A stretch of 35,512 nt of DNA from Octopus bimaculoides (lineage: Eukaryota): contig NC_068988.1 of the NCBI RefSeq assembly GCF_001194135.2, positions 77,887,278-77,922,789 on the forward strand. The letters are read 5' to 3'. Numbering within the stretch: the stretch's first letter is position 1; the number at the start of each line of letters is the position of its first letter. This document shows positions 1 to 11,285 of this stretch, piece by piece. The notes under the pieces are model-generated. The model had not been told where the DNA came from. It saw nothing but the letters and a program-made list of their open reading frames with translations, and did not search any database. A program made the position numbers and the translations under genes.

Positions 1-143
1 ATATGTGTGTGTGTGTGTGTATATATATATATGTATGTATATATGTGTGTGCGTATATATGTATATATATGTATATACATACACAAGTATAAAGTACTTG
101 TGTGTATCTCTAAGTGTGTGTGTGTGTGTGTGTGTCTATCTCT

Positions 144-177
<34 letters not shown>

Positions 178-436
178 ATGTGCTGGTCGGTGCATGTGTG
201 GGTAGGGAGAGATAACTCAGTGTGCTCAAGCAAAGTGATGTCAATATATATATGAGCATGCATAAGTTTAAGTGTATGGGAGGAAATGGATGTCTGTGCC
301 TATTGATAGGATGACTGATGTCTGTGGGTACGCATGTATGTGTATACACATGCATGCATACCAGTAGGCAGACACACATATGTGTGAATGTATATAGGCA
401 TGTGCACACAAATATACTTATGAATGTGTGTGTGTG
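1..436. repeat. Compound (TG)n/(TA)n microsatellite and low-complexity tract
   Basis: Alternating tgtgtg/tatata runs; accounts for the V/C/Y/I-rich and H/T-rich ORFs. Confidence 0.9.
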
Positions 437-962
437 TCTGTCTGTCTGTACACATGTTAAATCGTTCACAGCCACAAAGTCAAAAGGCTTGAATCTGACC
501 ATGGCATCATGCTTGACTGCCATAGCCACCAGCAATCAAAGACTTACAAACATTAGGCTGCTCAATCTAATGTCCCTCCTTATACGCTAAATTCTTTATA
601 TTTTCTTATTTTTATTTTTATTTCTTACTTTTAGCAATAACACCATAATCGCAAGTATTAGCACCCACCACCCAATTCATGTTTAATGATTTGTTTTTTA
701 TTCTTGTATTTCCTTTCTAACCAAATCCTCCTCACTAGCACACATGGCCCAGAATTACTAGAATCTCTCAATACCACCATTTACCCTGAAGTGAAATCAA
801 AACGTAAATCTGTGAACTCATAAGCATATTATGCTACCTGAAAAGGCTCTTTTGCACTGTGCATTGCATCTGATGTTATTGCATTATTCCACACCCACTA
901 GGGAACCAAAGCAATTGTTGCGCTAATAAATCTATTTTGTTATACCCCATCTTCTCCATTCA

Positions 963-1025
<63 letters not shown>

Positions 1026-1027
<2 letters not shown>

Positions 1028-1132
1028 GGAGTAAGCACGTAAATACATTTTTCTAACAAAACTGTCCGATGAACAGGAACGTGAAACTCCGAGTATCATT
1101 CTTTTGTTATATTTCTGCTGCTTTTAAATAAA
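1026..1132 (+). mobile_element. Short (TA)n-flanked element with degenerate hammerhead-like motif (Penelope pLTR-like remnant)
   Basis: Sits between (TA)n arrays at about 969-1025 and 1133-1162. Contains ccgatga (1066-1072) then gaaactccgagta (1083-1095); the element starts ccggagta, echoing that segment; ends near aataaa. Confidence 0.4.
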
Positions 1133-1162
<30 letters not shown>

Positions 1163-1166
<4 letters not shown>

Positions 1167-1900
1167 GGTCCCAAAATTAAGGCAACCAACTTTTTTCAAT
1201 TTTGCCCAAGCAAAATATTGTTATATTTCGGTTTGAGTGTTGTAACGCAAGGGTAAAGGAAACAAAATTACAATATTACCATATTTATTTGATATGACCA
1301 CCTTTGTTTTGAATCACAGCCTTAAGTCTAGGTGTGAATGATTCATACATGACACACAGCCGTTCTTGCAGAACTGAAGCCCATTCCTGGTGCAGTTTTG
1401 CCTTCAAAGCATTGAGCAAAGCATGAGGAGTGCTTGAGACCCTCATCTCCAAAATGGACTAAACAGAAAAATCCAACGGGTTGAGATCGGGGCTTCTTGA
1501 GGGCCATACATCCTTGCCTATGAACAATGGAATGTTTTTCCAAGTCCAGTGTTGTGTCTGTTTGGAGTTGTGGGATGGTGCCAAGTTCTGTTAGAGGCTC
1601 CAAGGTGCGTCTTGAAGGTGCTCATTCACCCATGGAAGCAGTTCAGCTTCCAGAATGTTGCTAATGTATCGCTGTGTGTTAATTTTAACACCCAAAGGCA
1701 CAAAATGAGGGGAGGCCTTCCAGTGTCACAGCTGCCCAAACCATAACTGACAATGGATCTTGACATCAATTTATAGGTTTACTCTTGATGGAGCCAAATA
1801 CATTCCAAAGTCAGTCATTCTGGTGGTTTACTCTCTTCAATGTCAAATTTCTTTTCATCAGTGAACACCAAGCTGGACAGTGTGCCTTCAGCAATTTGAT
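1163..1900 (-). mobile_element. Tc1/mariner DD37D (maT-type) transposon, 3' part, pseudogenised
   Basis: Minus strand gives FTDEKKFDIEE (about 1865-1833) and *QNLAPSHNSKQTQHWTWKNIPLFIGKDVWPSRSPDLNPLDF, with 37 residues between the second catalytic position (D mutated to N) and the final D. Ends RLKAVIQNKGGHIK*; terminal sequence abuts (TA)n. Confidence 0.85.
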
Positions 1901-1944
1901 GCAGGATAAGATGACTTCTCTCCAGTCTTATAAACTTATAAGAG

Positions 1945-2130
1945 GCAGTAGATAGCTTCCCTTATTTAGGTGACCAAGTTAGTATCAGAGGTGCTTTGAG
2001 AGTGTAGCTGCAAGAATAAGAATAGGCTGGGCTAAGTTCAGAGAGCTCTTACCTCTGTTGACAACAAAGGACCTCTCGCCCAGAGTGAAAGGGAGACTGT
2101 ATGATGCCTTTGTGTGAACAGCTATATACA
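1945..2130 (+). mobile_element. RTE-clade LINE fragment (RT thumb region)
   Basis: VDSFPYLGDQVS...IRIGWAKFRELLPLLTTKDLSPRVKGRLYDAFV; homologous to 14750-14935. Confidence 0.85.
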
Positions 2131-2132
2131 TA

Positions 2133-3394
2133 CAGGTTGCAGATGGTATTTGAGGATACATGCATTTTCAGTCATTATTTTATTTGACTAATTTTTATTG
2201 AACTTCTGTTTCAGAAAATAACAATGACAGGCCCTATGCTTACTAATGAAATGAAAAGGCACACTGTGATTGTGGCATGGGGATTTAGAAATTTCTCGTT
2301 TTCTGAAAGTTGCAAAACCTTTTGTCCACAAGATTTGGTGTGAGTTAGAGGAAGAAGATGGAAGCGTATTACCTGTATCAAAATATAAAAAAACATTCAT
2401 AACACTCTGATTTTATCAGGACACCTGAATTTATTCATGATGTTAAGCAAAACATTGGAGACAATCCAGGAAAATTAATGAGGTCAATTGCAAAAATATT
2501 TCGTGTGTCAGAAAAACAATCAAATGTTGCGCATGAAGACATCAGATACAAGTCTTATGTGATAAGGAGAGGTCAGTTCATGTCAGAAAAAACAAAAGAA
2601 AACCGTTTAATCAGATCCAAAAGACTTTTGTACAAACTTAAAAATCTATCAGAAGATGGTGTGGTTTGGTTTTTTTTTTTTTTTTTTTTTCAGATGAGAA
2701 AAACTTTGACCAGGATCATTAAACAAACAGAAGAAATGACAGATTGCTATGTGCAGAGCCTTCTGAGGTTCCAAGAGTAATGCACTCAAAATTTCCTGTA
2801 AGTGTCATGGTTTTGGGTATTATTAGCAATGAAGGACATGCGATGCCTCCTCACCTTTTTCCATAAGGCCTTAGGCTGAATGCTGCTGTGTATATTGAGG
2901 TTCTGGATAAAGTTGTTAAGCCTTGGATCAACAGTGTATGCTATGGAAGGCCTTATGTCTTTCAACAAGATTCTGCATCTTCAAACAAGGCTCAAATGAC
3001 ACAAGAATGGATGGCTAACAATTTACATGATCACATCACCTCCAACATTTGGCCTCCCAATTATCCAGATCTCAATCCACTGGACTACTATGTATGGAGC
3101 ACTGTTGGAAGAAATGTCATTGAACACCCCAATAGCAAGAAAGATTCTTTAAAAGCTACCATAGTTCAAGTCTTGTCCGATATGAACAAGGACCACTTAA
3201 TCTGAGCCTGTAAACGATTTCCACTCCGCGTAGAGGCAGTTATTGATGCTTATGGTAGTTTCATTAAATGAAATCATTATATTGATAATTTAGCTTTATG
3301 TTTATGTTATTTTAATAAAAATACAGTTTTTTTCTGTTATCATATAAGCATTTTTAAAAACAATAAATCTGTCCTCAAATGTCATCTGCACCCT
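2133..3394 (+). mobile_element. Near full-length DD37D (maT-type) transposon with TIRs, pseudogenised
   Basis: TA at 2131-2132. Left TIR caggttgcagatggtatttgagga matches the reverse complement of the right end (agggtgcagatgacatttgagga). Broken transposase includes FQQD-x37-D (FQQDSASSNKAQMTQEWMANNLHDHITSNIWPPNYPDLNPLDY). Confidence 0.92.
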
Positions 3395-3690
3395 NNNNNN
3401 NNNNNNNNNNNNNNNNNNNNNNNNNNNNNNNNNNNNNNNNNNNNNNNNNNNNNNNNNNNNNNNNNNNNNNNNNNNNNNNNNNNNNNNNNNNNNNNNNNNN
3501 NNNNNNNNNNNNNNNNNNNNNNNNNNNNNNNNNNNNNNNNNNNNNNNNNNNNNNNNNNNNNNNNNNNNNNNNNNNNNNNNNNNNNNNNNNNNNNNNNNNN
3601 NNNNNNNNNNNNNNNNNNNNNNNNNNNNNNNNNNNNNNNNNNNNNNNNNNNNNNNNNNNNNNNNNNNNNNNNNNNNNNNNNNNNNNNNNN
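3395..3690. other. Assembly gap (N run)
   Basis: Run of N. Confidence 1.
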
Positions 3691-4175
3691 GGGTATTTGC
3701 CTCTTATCAATGCATACACTGCTTTTCATAAATAGAAATATTAATATTTCTAAGTTTCTCTAAAGGAGACTATAACCTTTGAACAGGGGAGGTCAGCCAC
3801 TTCCCCTTGCTGGTCTGGCATCTACAGACTAGTTTCGGGGTATTTGCCTCTTATCAATGCATACACTGCTTTTCATAAATAGAAATATTAATATTTCTAA
3901 GTCTCTGTAAAGGAGACTACAGCAGCGGTACTGGATATTAAATAGTTATCACCAAGCTAACATGGCAGTCCAGGAAAATAGGACGAATGCTGCCATTGAT
4001 TAGTTCCAAGAGGCCATCGCCTCTAGCTAGCTATGTGACACATGAACCTGTGTCCATTATAACCTTAGAACAGGGGAGGTCAGCCGCTTCCACTTGCTGG
4101 TCTGGCATCTACAGACACCTGCAGGGTTCGGCTGCTCTACATTGATAAGAGACAAATACTAGAAATGTTCTCTGT
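3691..4175 (-). mobile_element. Partial-tandem plus inverted small element carrying hammerhead motifs (Penelope pLTR/retrozyme-like)
   Basis: Direct repeats 3691-3772 and 3838-3919 (147-bp period); second direct repeat 3771-3828 and 4058-4116; inverted partial copy at about 4135-4165. Confidence 0.6.
3822..3862 (-). ncRNA. Minimal type I hammerhead ribozyme motif, U3-A8 core variant
   Basis: Minus strand reads atgca-TTGATAA-gagg caaata cccc-GAAA-ctag-TC-tgtag. Stem I has 4 bp, stem II 3 of 4 bp, helix III is palindromic (ACUAGU), cleavage triplet GUC. Confidence 0.6.
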
Positions 4176-4229
4176 GGGGGCAAGCTCATTGTAGTTCAGG
4201 CTTCCACAGTTAGAATCCACTTAATACAA

Positions 4230-5036
4230 CCCTCAGACATTAGTCTGCTGACTCTCAGTGTCATATTAGATCATACTGTCATGTAGTGCATCTTTGTTTT
4301 GCAGTGCTTTTCCCCTGTTTGTTGGTTTTTGTGATAGCTGAAACGAAGGAACAGCACACTTCCATGAAATTCTGTTTTCTACTGGGGAAAATGGCAGTCA
4401 AAAACAGTTGTCATGCTTCAAACAGCTTACAAGGATGCTATCATGAGCAAAACACAAGTTTCCAAGTGGTTTTCACACTTTAGGAATGGTCACTTGTCGC
4501 CCAACCTCATTCAGTGTGACTGTTGACCTCCCAGACAAATGAGAATTCATGAAGATTCATGAACTGATCTTAAAGGACCATCACTGAACAATTGATGAAC
4601 TTGTTGATATGATTGGTGTGTCCCGGAGCTCCTGCCAATGAATTCTGAGTGAGGAATTGCAAATGAAAAGTGTTGCTGCAAAATTTGTGCCTCGCTTGCT
4701 TATGGAAGATCAGAAGCAGTCTCAATTCAATGCATGTTGTGGACTGAAAGAACAGTTGGAAGTTGATCCAGGCCTTTTTTCAAAGGTCATCACTGGAGAT
4801 GAAAGCTGGTGCTATGGAATTTGCAGAGGCAGAAGAGGTGAAGAAAAAATGACAGAGGCCTTAAAAGACATCACTTTGCAAGAGTTCCAGCACTGCTTCC
4901 AACCGTGGAAAATGCATCTGGACCAATGCATTGCTTCAAATGGAGAACACTTTAAAGGAGATAAAAGTGTAAACATATAAAACTAAGTGAATAAAATAAT
5001 ATTGCAAAATTCTGGTTTCTTTTGGGCACCCCTCAT
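4230..5036 (+). mobile_element. Mariner-type transposon, internally deleted
   Basis: ETKEQHTSMKFCFLLGK (N-terminal HTH) and VAAKFVPRLL...KVITGDESWCYG joined directly to the C-terminal FQPWKMHLDQCIASNGEHFKGD. Right TIR ggtttcttttgggcacccctca; left boundary approximate. Confidence 0.85.
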
Positions 5037-5070
5037 GTCTATATATATAATTATATATAATAATGTAACA

Positions 5071-5416
5071 TAGCTTGCTTACCAACCACAGGGTTCCAAG
5101 TTCAGTCCCACTGCATGGCACCTTGGGTATGTGTCTTCTGCTATAGCCTTGGGCCAACCAAAGCCTTGTGAGTGGATTTGGTAGACAGAAACTGAAAGAA
5201 GCTCATCGTATCTGTGTGTGTGTGAGTGTGTGTGTTTGTGTGTCTGTTTTTGTCTGTTTTTGTCACATCTCCATAACTTAGCAGTTCAGCAAAAGACACC
5301 AATAGAAGAAGTACTATGCTTACAAAGAATAACTCCTGGGGTTGATTTGTTCGACCAAAGGCAGTGCTTCAGCATGGGCACAGTCAAATGACTGAAACAA
5401 GTAGAATAAAAGAATA
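5071..5416 (+). mobile_element. tRNA-type SINE family 1, 5'-truncated copy
   Basis: High similarity to 5434-5856 and 7421-7835; internal (TG)n; tail gactgaaacaagtagaataaaaga. Confidence 0.85.
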
Positions 5417-5433
5417 TATATAAATGTATATAT

Positions 5434-5856
5434 GGCGCAGGTGTGACTATGTGGTAAGAAGCTTGCTTTCCAACCATATGGTTCCAGGTTCAGTCTCACT
5501 GCATGGCACTTTGGGCATGTGTCTTCTACTATAATCTCAGGCTGAGAAAAGCCTTGTGTGTAGATTTGGTAGATGGAAACTGAAAGAAGCCCATCATATA
5601 TATATATTTATAGATGTATATGTATATATTTATGTGTGTTTGTGTCTGTGTTTGTCACCCCCACCCCACCCGCTATCACTTGACAACCGATGCTTATGTG
5701 TTTATGTCTCCGTAACATTAGCAGTTTGGTAGAAGAGACCGATAGAATAAGTACTAGGCTTACAAAGAAGTGTGGGGGTGATTTGTCTGACTAAAACCCT
5801 CTAAGATGATGCTCCAGCATAGCAACAGTCAAATGACTGAAACAAGTAAAAGAATA
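5434..5856 (+). mobile_element. tRNA-type SINE family 1
   Basis: A-box-like gtgactatgtgg and B-box-like ggttcagtct; internal TA/TG microsatellite; same 3' tail as the other copies. Confidence 0.88.
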
Positions 5857-5870
5857 TGTATTATATATAT

Positions 5871-6447
5871 ATCATCATCATCATTTCACATCCATTTTCC
5901 ATGCTGGCATGTGTTGGACGGTTTTGCAAGAGCTGACCAGCTGAAGGGCTGTTTATGCTCCATATCTGTTTTGGCATGGTTTCTACAGCTGGATGCCCTT
6001 TCTAATGCCAACCACTTTACAGAGTGTACTGGGTGCTTTTATGCATCAGTGCTTTTACGAGGCACCAGCACCTACAAGCCTGCAAGATTAAGGATGCTGG
6101 ATTAAGCTGGAAAGGGTTGCAGGAGATGAAGCTGTGTACAAGGGCAACCATGGTTTTGCTTAACTTGACATGTCTTTCAAAGCACAGCAAACCACCAGCA
6201 ATCTCAGTCCCCAGTCATCTCCTCTGTGATTTCCAATGCCTGTAGATCCTTTCTCACCACTTCATCCCATGTCTTCCTGGGTCTACCCCTTCCACATGTT
6301 CCCCCTACAATTAGAGACAGGTACCTCTTGATGCAACTGTCTTCATACATGTGTATTACATGGCCATACCAGCACAGACTTCTCTCTTGCATGCTACATC
6401 TGATGCCTCATATACCCAGTTTTTCTCTCAAATCACTTACACTTTGT
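5871..6447 (-). mobile_element. RTE-clade LINE 3' end
   Basis: QERSLCWYGHVIHMYEDSCIKRYLSLIVGGTCGRGRPRKTWDEVVRKDL; 3' terminus catgccagcatggaaaatggatgtgaaa followed by (GAT)n, like the end at 16010-16047. Confidence 0.88.
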
Positions 6448-6457
6448 TATATTTTAC

Positions 6458-6517
6458 CAGGTTTGGTGAGATATTTATCCATTTCTCAATGTCATTATCA
6501 GCATAAGTCAAGATATC
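6458..6517 (-). CDS. Possible 60-nt host-gene exon (DILTYADNDIEKWINISPNL), unverified
   Basis: Minus-strand acceptor actttaatttcacag|G, donor CTG|gtaaaa, open phase 0-0 frame in apparently non-repeat sequence. Protein not recognised. Confidence 0.25.
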
Positions 6518-6634
6518 CTGTGAAATTAAAGTCATAACAGCTTGAACTTTTAATTAATACTCATGTATATCTAATACTATCCATTGTTAGTAATAGCATG
6601 GAACAACACAGACTATAACAATGGTCAGGAGATG

Positions 6635-6641
6635 GTCATGA

Positions 6642-6675
<34 letters not shown>

Positions 6676-6870
6676 TGTAGTAGTAGTAGTTGTAGTAGTA
6701 GTTGTAGTNNNNNNNNNNNNNNNNNNNNNNNNNNNNNNNNNNNNNNNNNNNNNNNNNNNNNNNNNNNNNNNNNNNNNNNNNNNNNNNNNNNNNNNNNNNN
6801 NNNNNNNNNNNNNNNNNNNNNNNNNGGCGGTGGTGATGGTGGAGATGATGATGATGATGATGCATATGCC
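6635..6870. repeat. (GTA)n/(GAT)n trinucleotide microsatellite with N gap (6709-6825)
   Basis: Direct reading. Confidence 0.95.
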
Positions 6871-7420
6871 TTGGCTGCTACACACACACATACACACACA
6901 GACACACACATACACACACATACACACACATACACATGCTCACACATTCATGCACACTTCCTCCTGAAAGAGACTGGGTATGTATCGATGACAACAGAAA
7001 TCAATGTTAATTATAAGCCATTGTTGTTGTTATTGTTGCTTAGTTGGCAAGATGGCTTCCTATCATTGTTGATATCCAAACAGAGCTGGAACTTCCAACC
7101 AATACCCCCGAACAAGAACTCTCAACTCGTAATTAAGAGAATTTCCTGCAGATTTTTCAAATGCTGATTATCACATAAGCTGCTATACTAATTAATTACC
7201 TGCAAATTAAATTAGCTTTTAAAAGCAGCAGTTCTGAAAGATGCATCTTGTTGGAGCTAGCATTGCATGTTATGTCTTTGACAACTGATGTTTCAAAGAT
7301 TTCAGAGATTTACAACAAAAGATTGGAAATATCTTCCTCCTCCTCCTCCTTCTCTGCCATGTTGTCATGATGATGATGATCATCATCATTGTGATCGTCA
7401 TCATCATTATTATTTGTTTT

Positions 7421-7577
7421 TGTGGCTGTGTGATAAGTAGCTTGCTTACCAACCACATGGTTCCGGGTTCAGTCCTACTGCGTGGCACCTTGGGCAAGTG
7501 TCTTCTACTATAGCCTCGGGCTGACCAAAGCCTTGTGAGTGGATTTGGTAGACGGAAACTGAAAGAAGCCCACCGTA

Positions 7578-7615
<38 letters not shown>

Positions 7616-7835
7616 TGTGTGTGTTTGTGTGTCTGTGTTTGTCCCCTTAGCATTGCTTGACAACCGATGCCGGTGTGTTTACGTCGCCGTAACTTAGCGG
7701 TTCAGCAAAAGAGACCAATAGAATAAGTACCAGGCTTACAAAGAATAAGTCCCAGGGTCAATTTGCTCGACTAAAGGCGGTGCTCCAACATGGCTGCAGT
7801 CAAATGACTGAAACAAACAAAAGAGCAAAAGAGTA
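7421..7835 (+). mobile_element. tRNA-type SINE family 1, best-preserved copy
   Basis: A-box-like tggctgtgtga, B-box-like gggttcagtcc, internal (TA)n(TG)n, tail aaaagagcaaaagagta. Confidence 0.9.
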
Positions 7836-8599
7836 TACACTGTTTCTGAAGGGACAAAGGTGATAATAGTTAATAATGGTTATTAGATGTGAGGTAGGCA
7901 GATTCCTAGCATATGCAGGGGTTATAAGGTGCCAAAACAACAGCCACAACCACTGCCATAGCTGCTACAAAAATACATCAACAACAATTGTCATTTGTAG
8001 ACAGCTCCAAGGATTGCTAAACCTTTTGTTTTCCATATTGAAATGTTGTATATATGCAAAACACTGGTTAGCTTTATGTAATGGTGTTGGTGGTTGTAGC
8101 AGTGGTGGGTGGCAATTTTAGTGGTGTTGTTGTTGTTTATGGTGATGGTGGTAGTTTTGTTGCTGGGAATGGTGGTAGTAGTGTTGGTGGTGGTGGTTGT
8201 TGATGGAAGTCATAATAATAGTCATGGTGATTGGATTGTGGTAGTGGTGATGGTGTTAGTTGTGATGTTATGGTAGTGGTGTTGATGATGGTGGTGGTGG
8301 TGGTGAAATTATAAATAATAATAATAAAGCCCTTAACACATATTGTTGAAAACCTGAACGCATATTATTGAAGGTTAATATTTATGAGATTAATGAGCAT
8401 TCAATAAAAATGTAAGGAATAAATTAGCTATTAGTGACAAAAGTACTTTTTGTAATGAATATCAATTTTCACATCCAACTTAACTTGGATGTATTGTTGT
8501 AAATGCTGTAAACAACAATAACCATCCTGAGAAATTGTCTCATATAGGTGTCTAGTGCTAAAAAAGCACAGATGATACAGGCAGATGGAATTTTATCAG

Positions 8600-9200
8600 A
8601 CAAGGCAGTTGTATCACATGTTTTGGTATAATCTTCACCTCATCTGCAATAGACACCCAATCACCAAATGCCAGACTGAAATCCCATCAAATCAAAATAG
8701 TTTGACCATTTTAAAAGTGTTGAAGTAAATTTACGGATGCAGTCTATATGCTTTAAATTTATGCCACCTAATTTATGTATTTGCTTAGCACTTTGCATCA
8801 GTTGACATAAATATACACCATTGCCTGAGCTAGCACCAGTCAACCTAAAAGTATGCTGACTGTTAAGCTGGTAAGATGCTTTATCTAAATATTTATAACC
8901 CGAAAGGCTGCTTAGATATTTTATCTAAATATTTACATCCTAGATATAGGCTTTTGTTACTATATAAGGTGTAGTTTAGGTGATAATACCACATTACCAC
9001 TATGGCTTCCAAACAATTCAAAATCAATCTGCGCTCTTCAGTCAATGTTGTAGCTGAATCTTGTAGTCCCACTTGTAATTCAAGCATGCAATCAGCCTGT
9101 AATTTCCAACAGACCCTTTAGTTTCAAAGGTGTCTCCCCCTTCAACCATCCAATTTGGAACTTCCTCTTGTACTAAACGATCATTTAGGTGCTTCCCTAA
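8600..9200 (-). pseudogene. Highly decayed R4/Dong-like reverse transcriptase fragment
   Basis: KHLNDRLVQEEVPNWMVEGGDTFETKGSVGNYRLIACLNYKW resembles the PxWMxxGRT...GNYRPIxCL region seen intact at 22640-22740; traces of KAYDCI near 8770. Boundaries approximate. Confidence 0.55.
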
Positions 9201-9311
9201 ACAGAAACCTTACAGCACTAATTAACTATCTCAGGTTGGTATTACCATTAGTTTCTACATGCATCATTGCATTGTTTACTTTCACTGTTTCATTTGCTAT
9301 ATATATATATA

Positions 9312-9828
9312 TTACAATTAAAAGGGTTATCAATTTATTAATTTATTAATAAATTAATAATTAATAATTTTTACCAAGCCCTTCCGTATGTAAACACCAT
9401 TATCGGTGAAGAACTTATTTAAAAGTTCTTATACATTTATAAACATAATTAAGGGGTCAGCAACAGTTGCTTCACCACATACCGAAGTTCAGAAATATCA
9501 GCTAAAGTGCTGAAACTCCAACAGATAGCATTACTTGCAACTCACAAAGGCAAAACAAGAAGAAAAGAATAACAAACCAAACTAGTCGTAGTTAATCATA
9601 TATGCGTTTCTGGTTTACTGATGAGGTAATGAAGAGTTTTTCCCTTCTAAACCAGAAACGCGTATATGATTAACTACGACTAGTTTGGTTCGTTATTCTT
9701 TTCTTCCTGTTTTGCCTTTGTGAGTTACAAGTAATGCTATCTGTTGGAGCTGCAGCACTTTAGCTGCTATTTCTGAACTTCGGTATGTGGTGAAGCAACT
9801 GTTGCTGACCCCTTAATTATGTTTATAA

Positions 9829-9830
<2 letters not shown>
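9312..9830. repeat. (TA)n-flanked head-to-head inverted element (183-bp arms) with hammerhead-like motif at the pivot
   Basis: 9435-9617 is the reverse complement of 9648-9830 with 7 mismatches. The 30-nt spacer starts CTGATGAG; the right arm contains GAAACGCGTA. Confidence 0.9.
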
Positions 9831-9877
<47 letters not shown>

Positions 9878-10395
9878 TATTACATGTATGGATCAAAACA
9901 GTTTGATTCAAATTCATTGGTATGCTGAGTTTCAAGTGTGATGCTAATCTTCAGCCATTTTGAATTTGAATGAGAGACATTGATTGTTATGACTGTAAAG
10001 TGGGCTGTGATTAGTCGAGGAAGGTCACATGGTGTTGTGGTTTGATGCTGATATATCAGCAACAACAGTTACTTGGAAAATACTGCATGATGACCAGGAA
10101 AATGAAAGTATGGTGGACAGGAAATCAGTCATGATGTTGGAGGGGAAGTAGGAAGAGGTGGTATGTGCAAGCATATAGTTGTATATGTGAGTGCATGGAT
10201 GTGCTCATATGGTTTTGTGTGCATGTCTGTATTATTGCAAGTGTGTGCATCTGTACAGGGGCACACATGCACATATCCTGCCACACACACTTATGAACGA
10301 ACATGTGCATGCACACACTCATATACATGTGTATACAAACACATACATCACCATGCACGCATACACACAAACACATGCATATTCATTTATAGGTA

Positions 10396-11285
10396 CAGGC
10401 ATACCTCAGCTTAAGTTGTTTCAATTTAAGTTGTTCTCAATTATACGTCAGCTTTCAAAAATAATATAAGGAAAAATAAAAATTAAGTTAAGCTATTTTA
10501 CTCAACTTTACGTCTGTCCACCACAAATATTAGAATCATAAAATCACTATAAATTGTTAAAAGCACATAAAATCATGTTACTGTACAATAAATAAGAATA
10601 AAAGCATATAAAATATGTACAGTAAATGTTAAGGTACACACCATAAAGTAGTGTAGCTTATTGTACAAAATCATGAAATCAGATAGGTTGTCTTATTTAT
10701 CAGTCTTACAGAGCTCATATTGCACTGTAGTTCCATTATCTACTGTTAGGTGTCATTGTCACTTGTAATTCCCATGCTTATTTTGAAATCAGATTTGTTT
10801 ATGTCTGTTTATCAGCTACTTTCTCATTCTCATTTATTTGTGACTTTATTTTTTGCCTCCATGACTCCTAAGAAAATTCATGGTGAAAGTGATAAGCATC
10901 ATACTATAACATTGGAAGATAAACTAGCTATGATAAAACGCCATGAAAAAGGTGCAAAAGTGGTAGCAATTGGGATGAGTCAGATAACTGTGTTGGCAAT
11001 TATATATAAGGACAAGATTTTAGCACATATCAAATCTGAAGCCCCAGGCATGAAGAACTCTGTCATCAATAAGAAAAAAATATTTGTTTATAAGCTTAAA
11101 ATAGGTTTTTATTAACCATGTATTGTGGGAAATGCTTTCATAAATCAAGTACGGAACTGGGAATGATTATTATCGGTTTAGCCTAGAGACAAGTAAATTC
11201 AGCCTAGCCTAGCCTAGAGACAAGTTAATTTGACTTAAGTCATGTCTCCTGGAACCAATTAACGATGCAGGGTGAGGTATTCCTG
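10396..11285 (+). mobile_element. pogo/Tigger-type non-autonomous DNA transposon
   Basis: TA on both sides. TIRs caggcatacctc and (reverse complement) caggaatacctc. Residual CENP-B/psq-type HTH MTPKKIHGESDKHHTITLEDKLAMIKRHEKG from 10861; no DDE domain. Confidence 0.85.

Noticed and set aside
455-547. Minus-strand GTAAGT donor and GGYG...FDFVAVNDL string
   Set aside because: No usable acceptor; possibly a trace of an RTE endonuclease but too short to call.
7-590. ORFs rich in V/C/Y/I/H/T here and at 6584-6967, 10125-10469, 16344-16580, 21263-21573, 29939-30224, 30860-31072 and 34790-35485
   Set aside because: They are translations of di-, tri- and tetranucleotide microsatellites.
3375-3735. 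Long ORFs full of X (also 13861-14595)
   Set aside because: They span N gaps and are artefacts.
7044-7128. Plus-strand exon-like segments (LARWLPIIVDIQTELELPT...; also 16617-16687 NRNELKQHICLLFPLLFEIQEHN)
   Set aside because: Weak splice sites, no recognisable homology, and expected by chance in 35 kb.
8661-9087. ORFs MTGASSGNGVYL... and MLELQVGLQDSA... with splice-like sites, as host exons
   Set aside because: Adjacent and overlapping frames carry R4-like RT motifs, so decayed retroelement is the simpler explanation.
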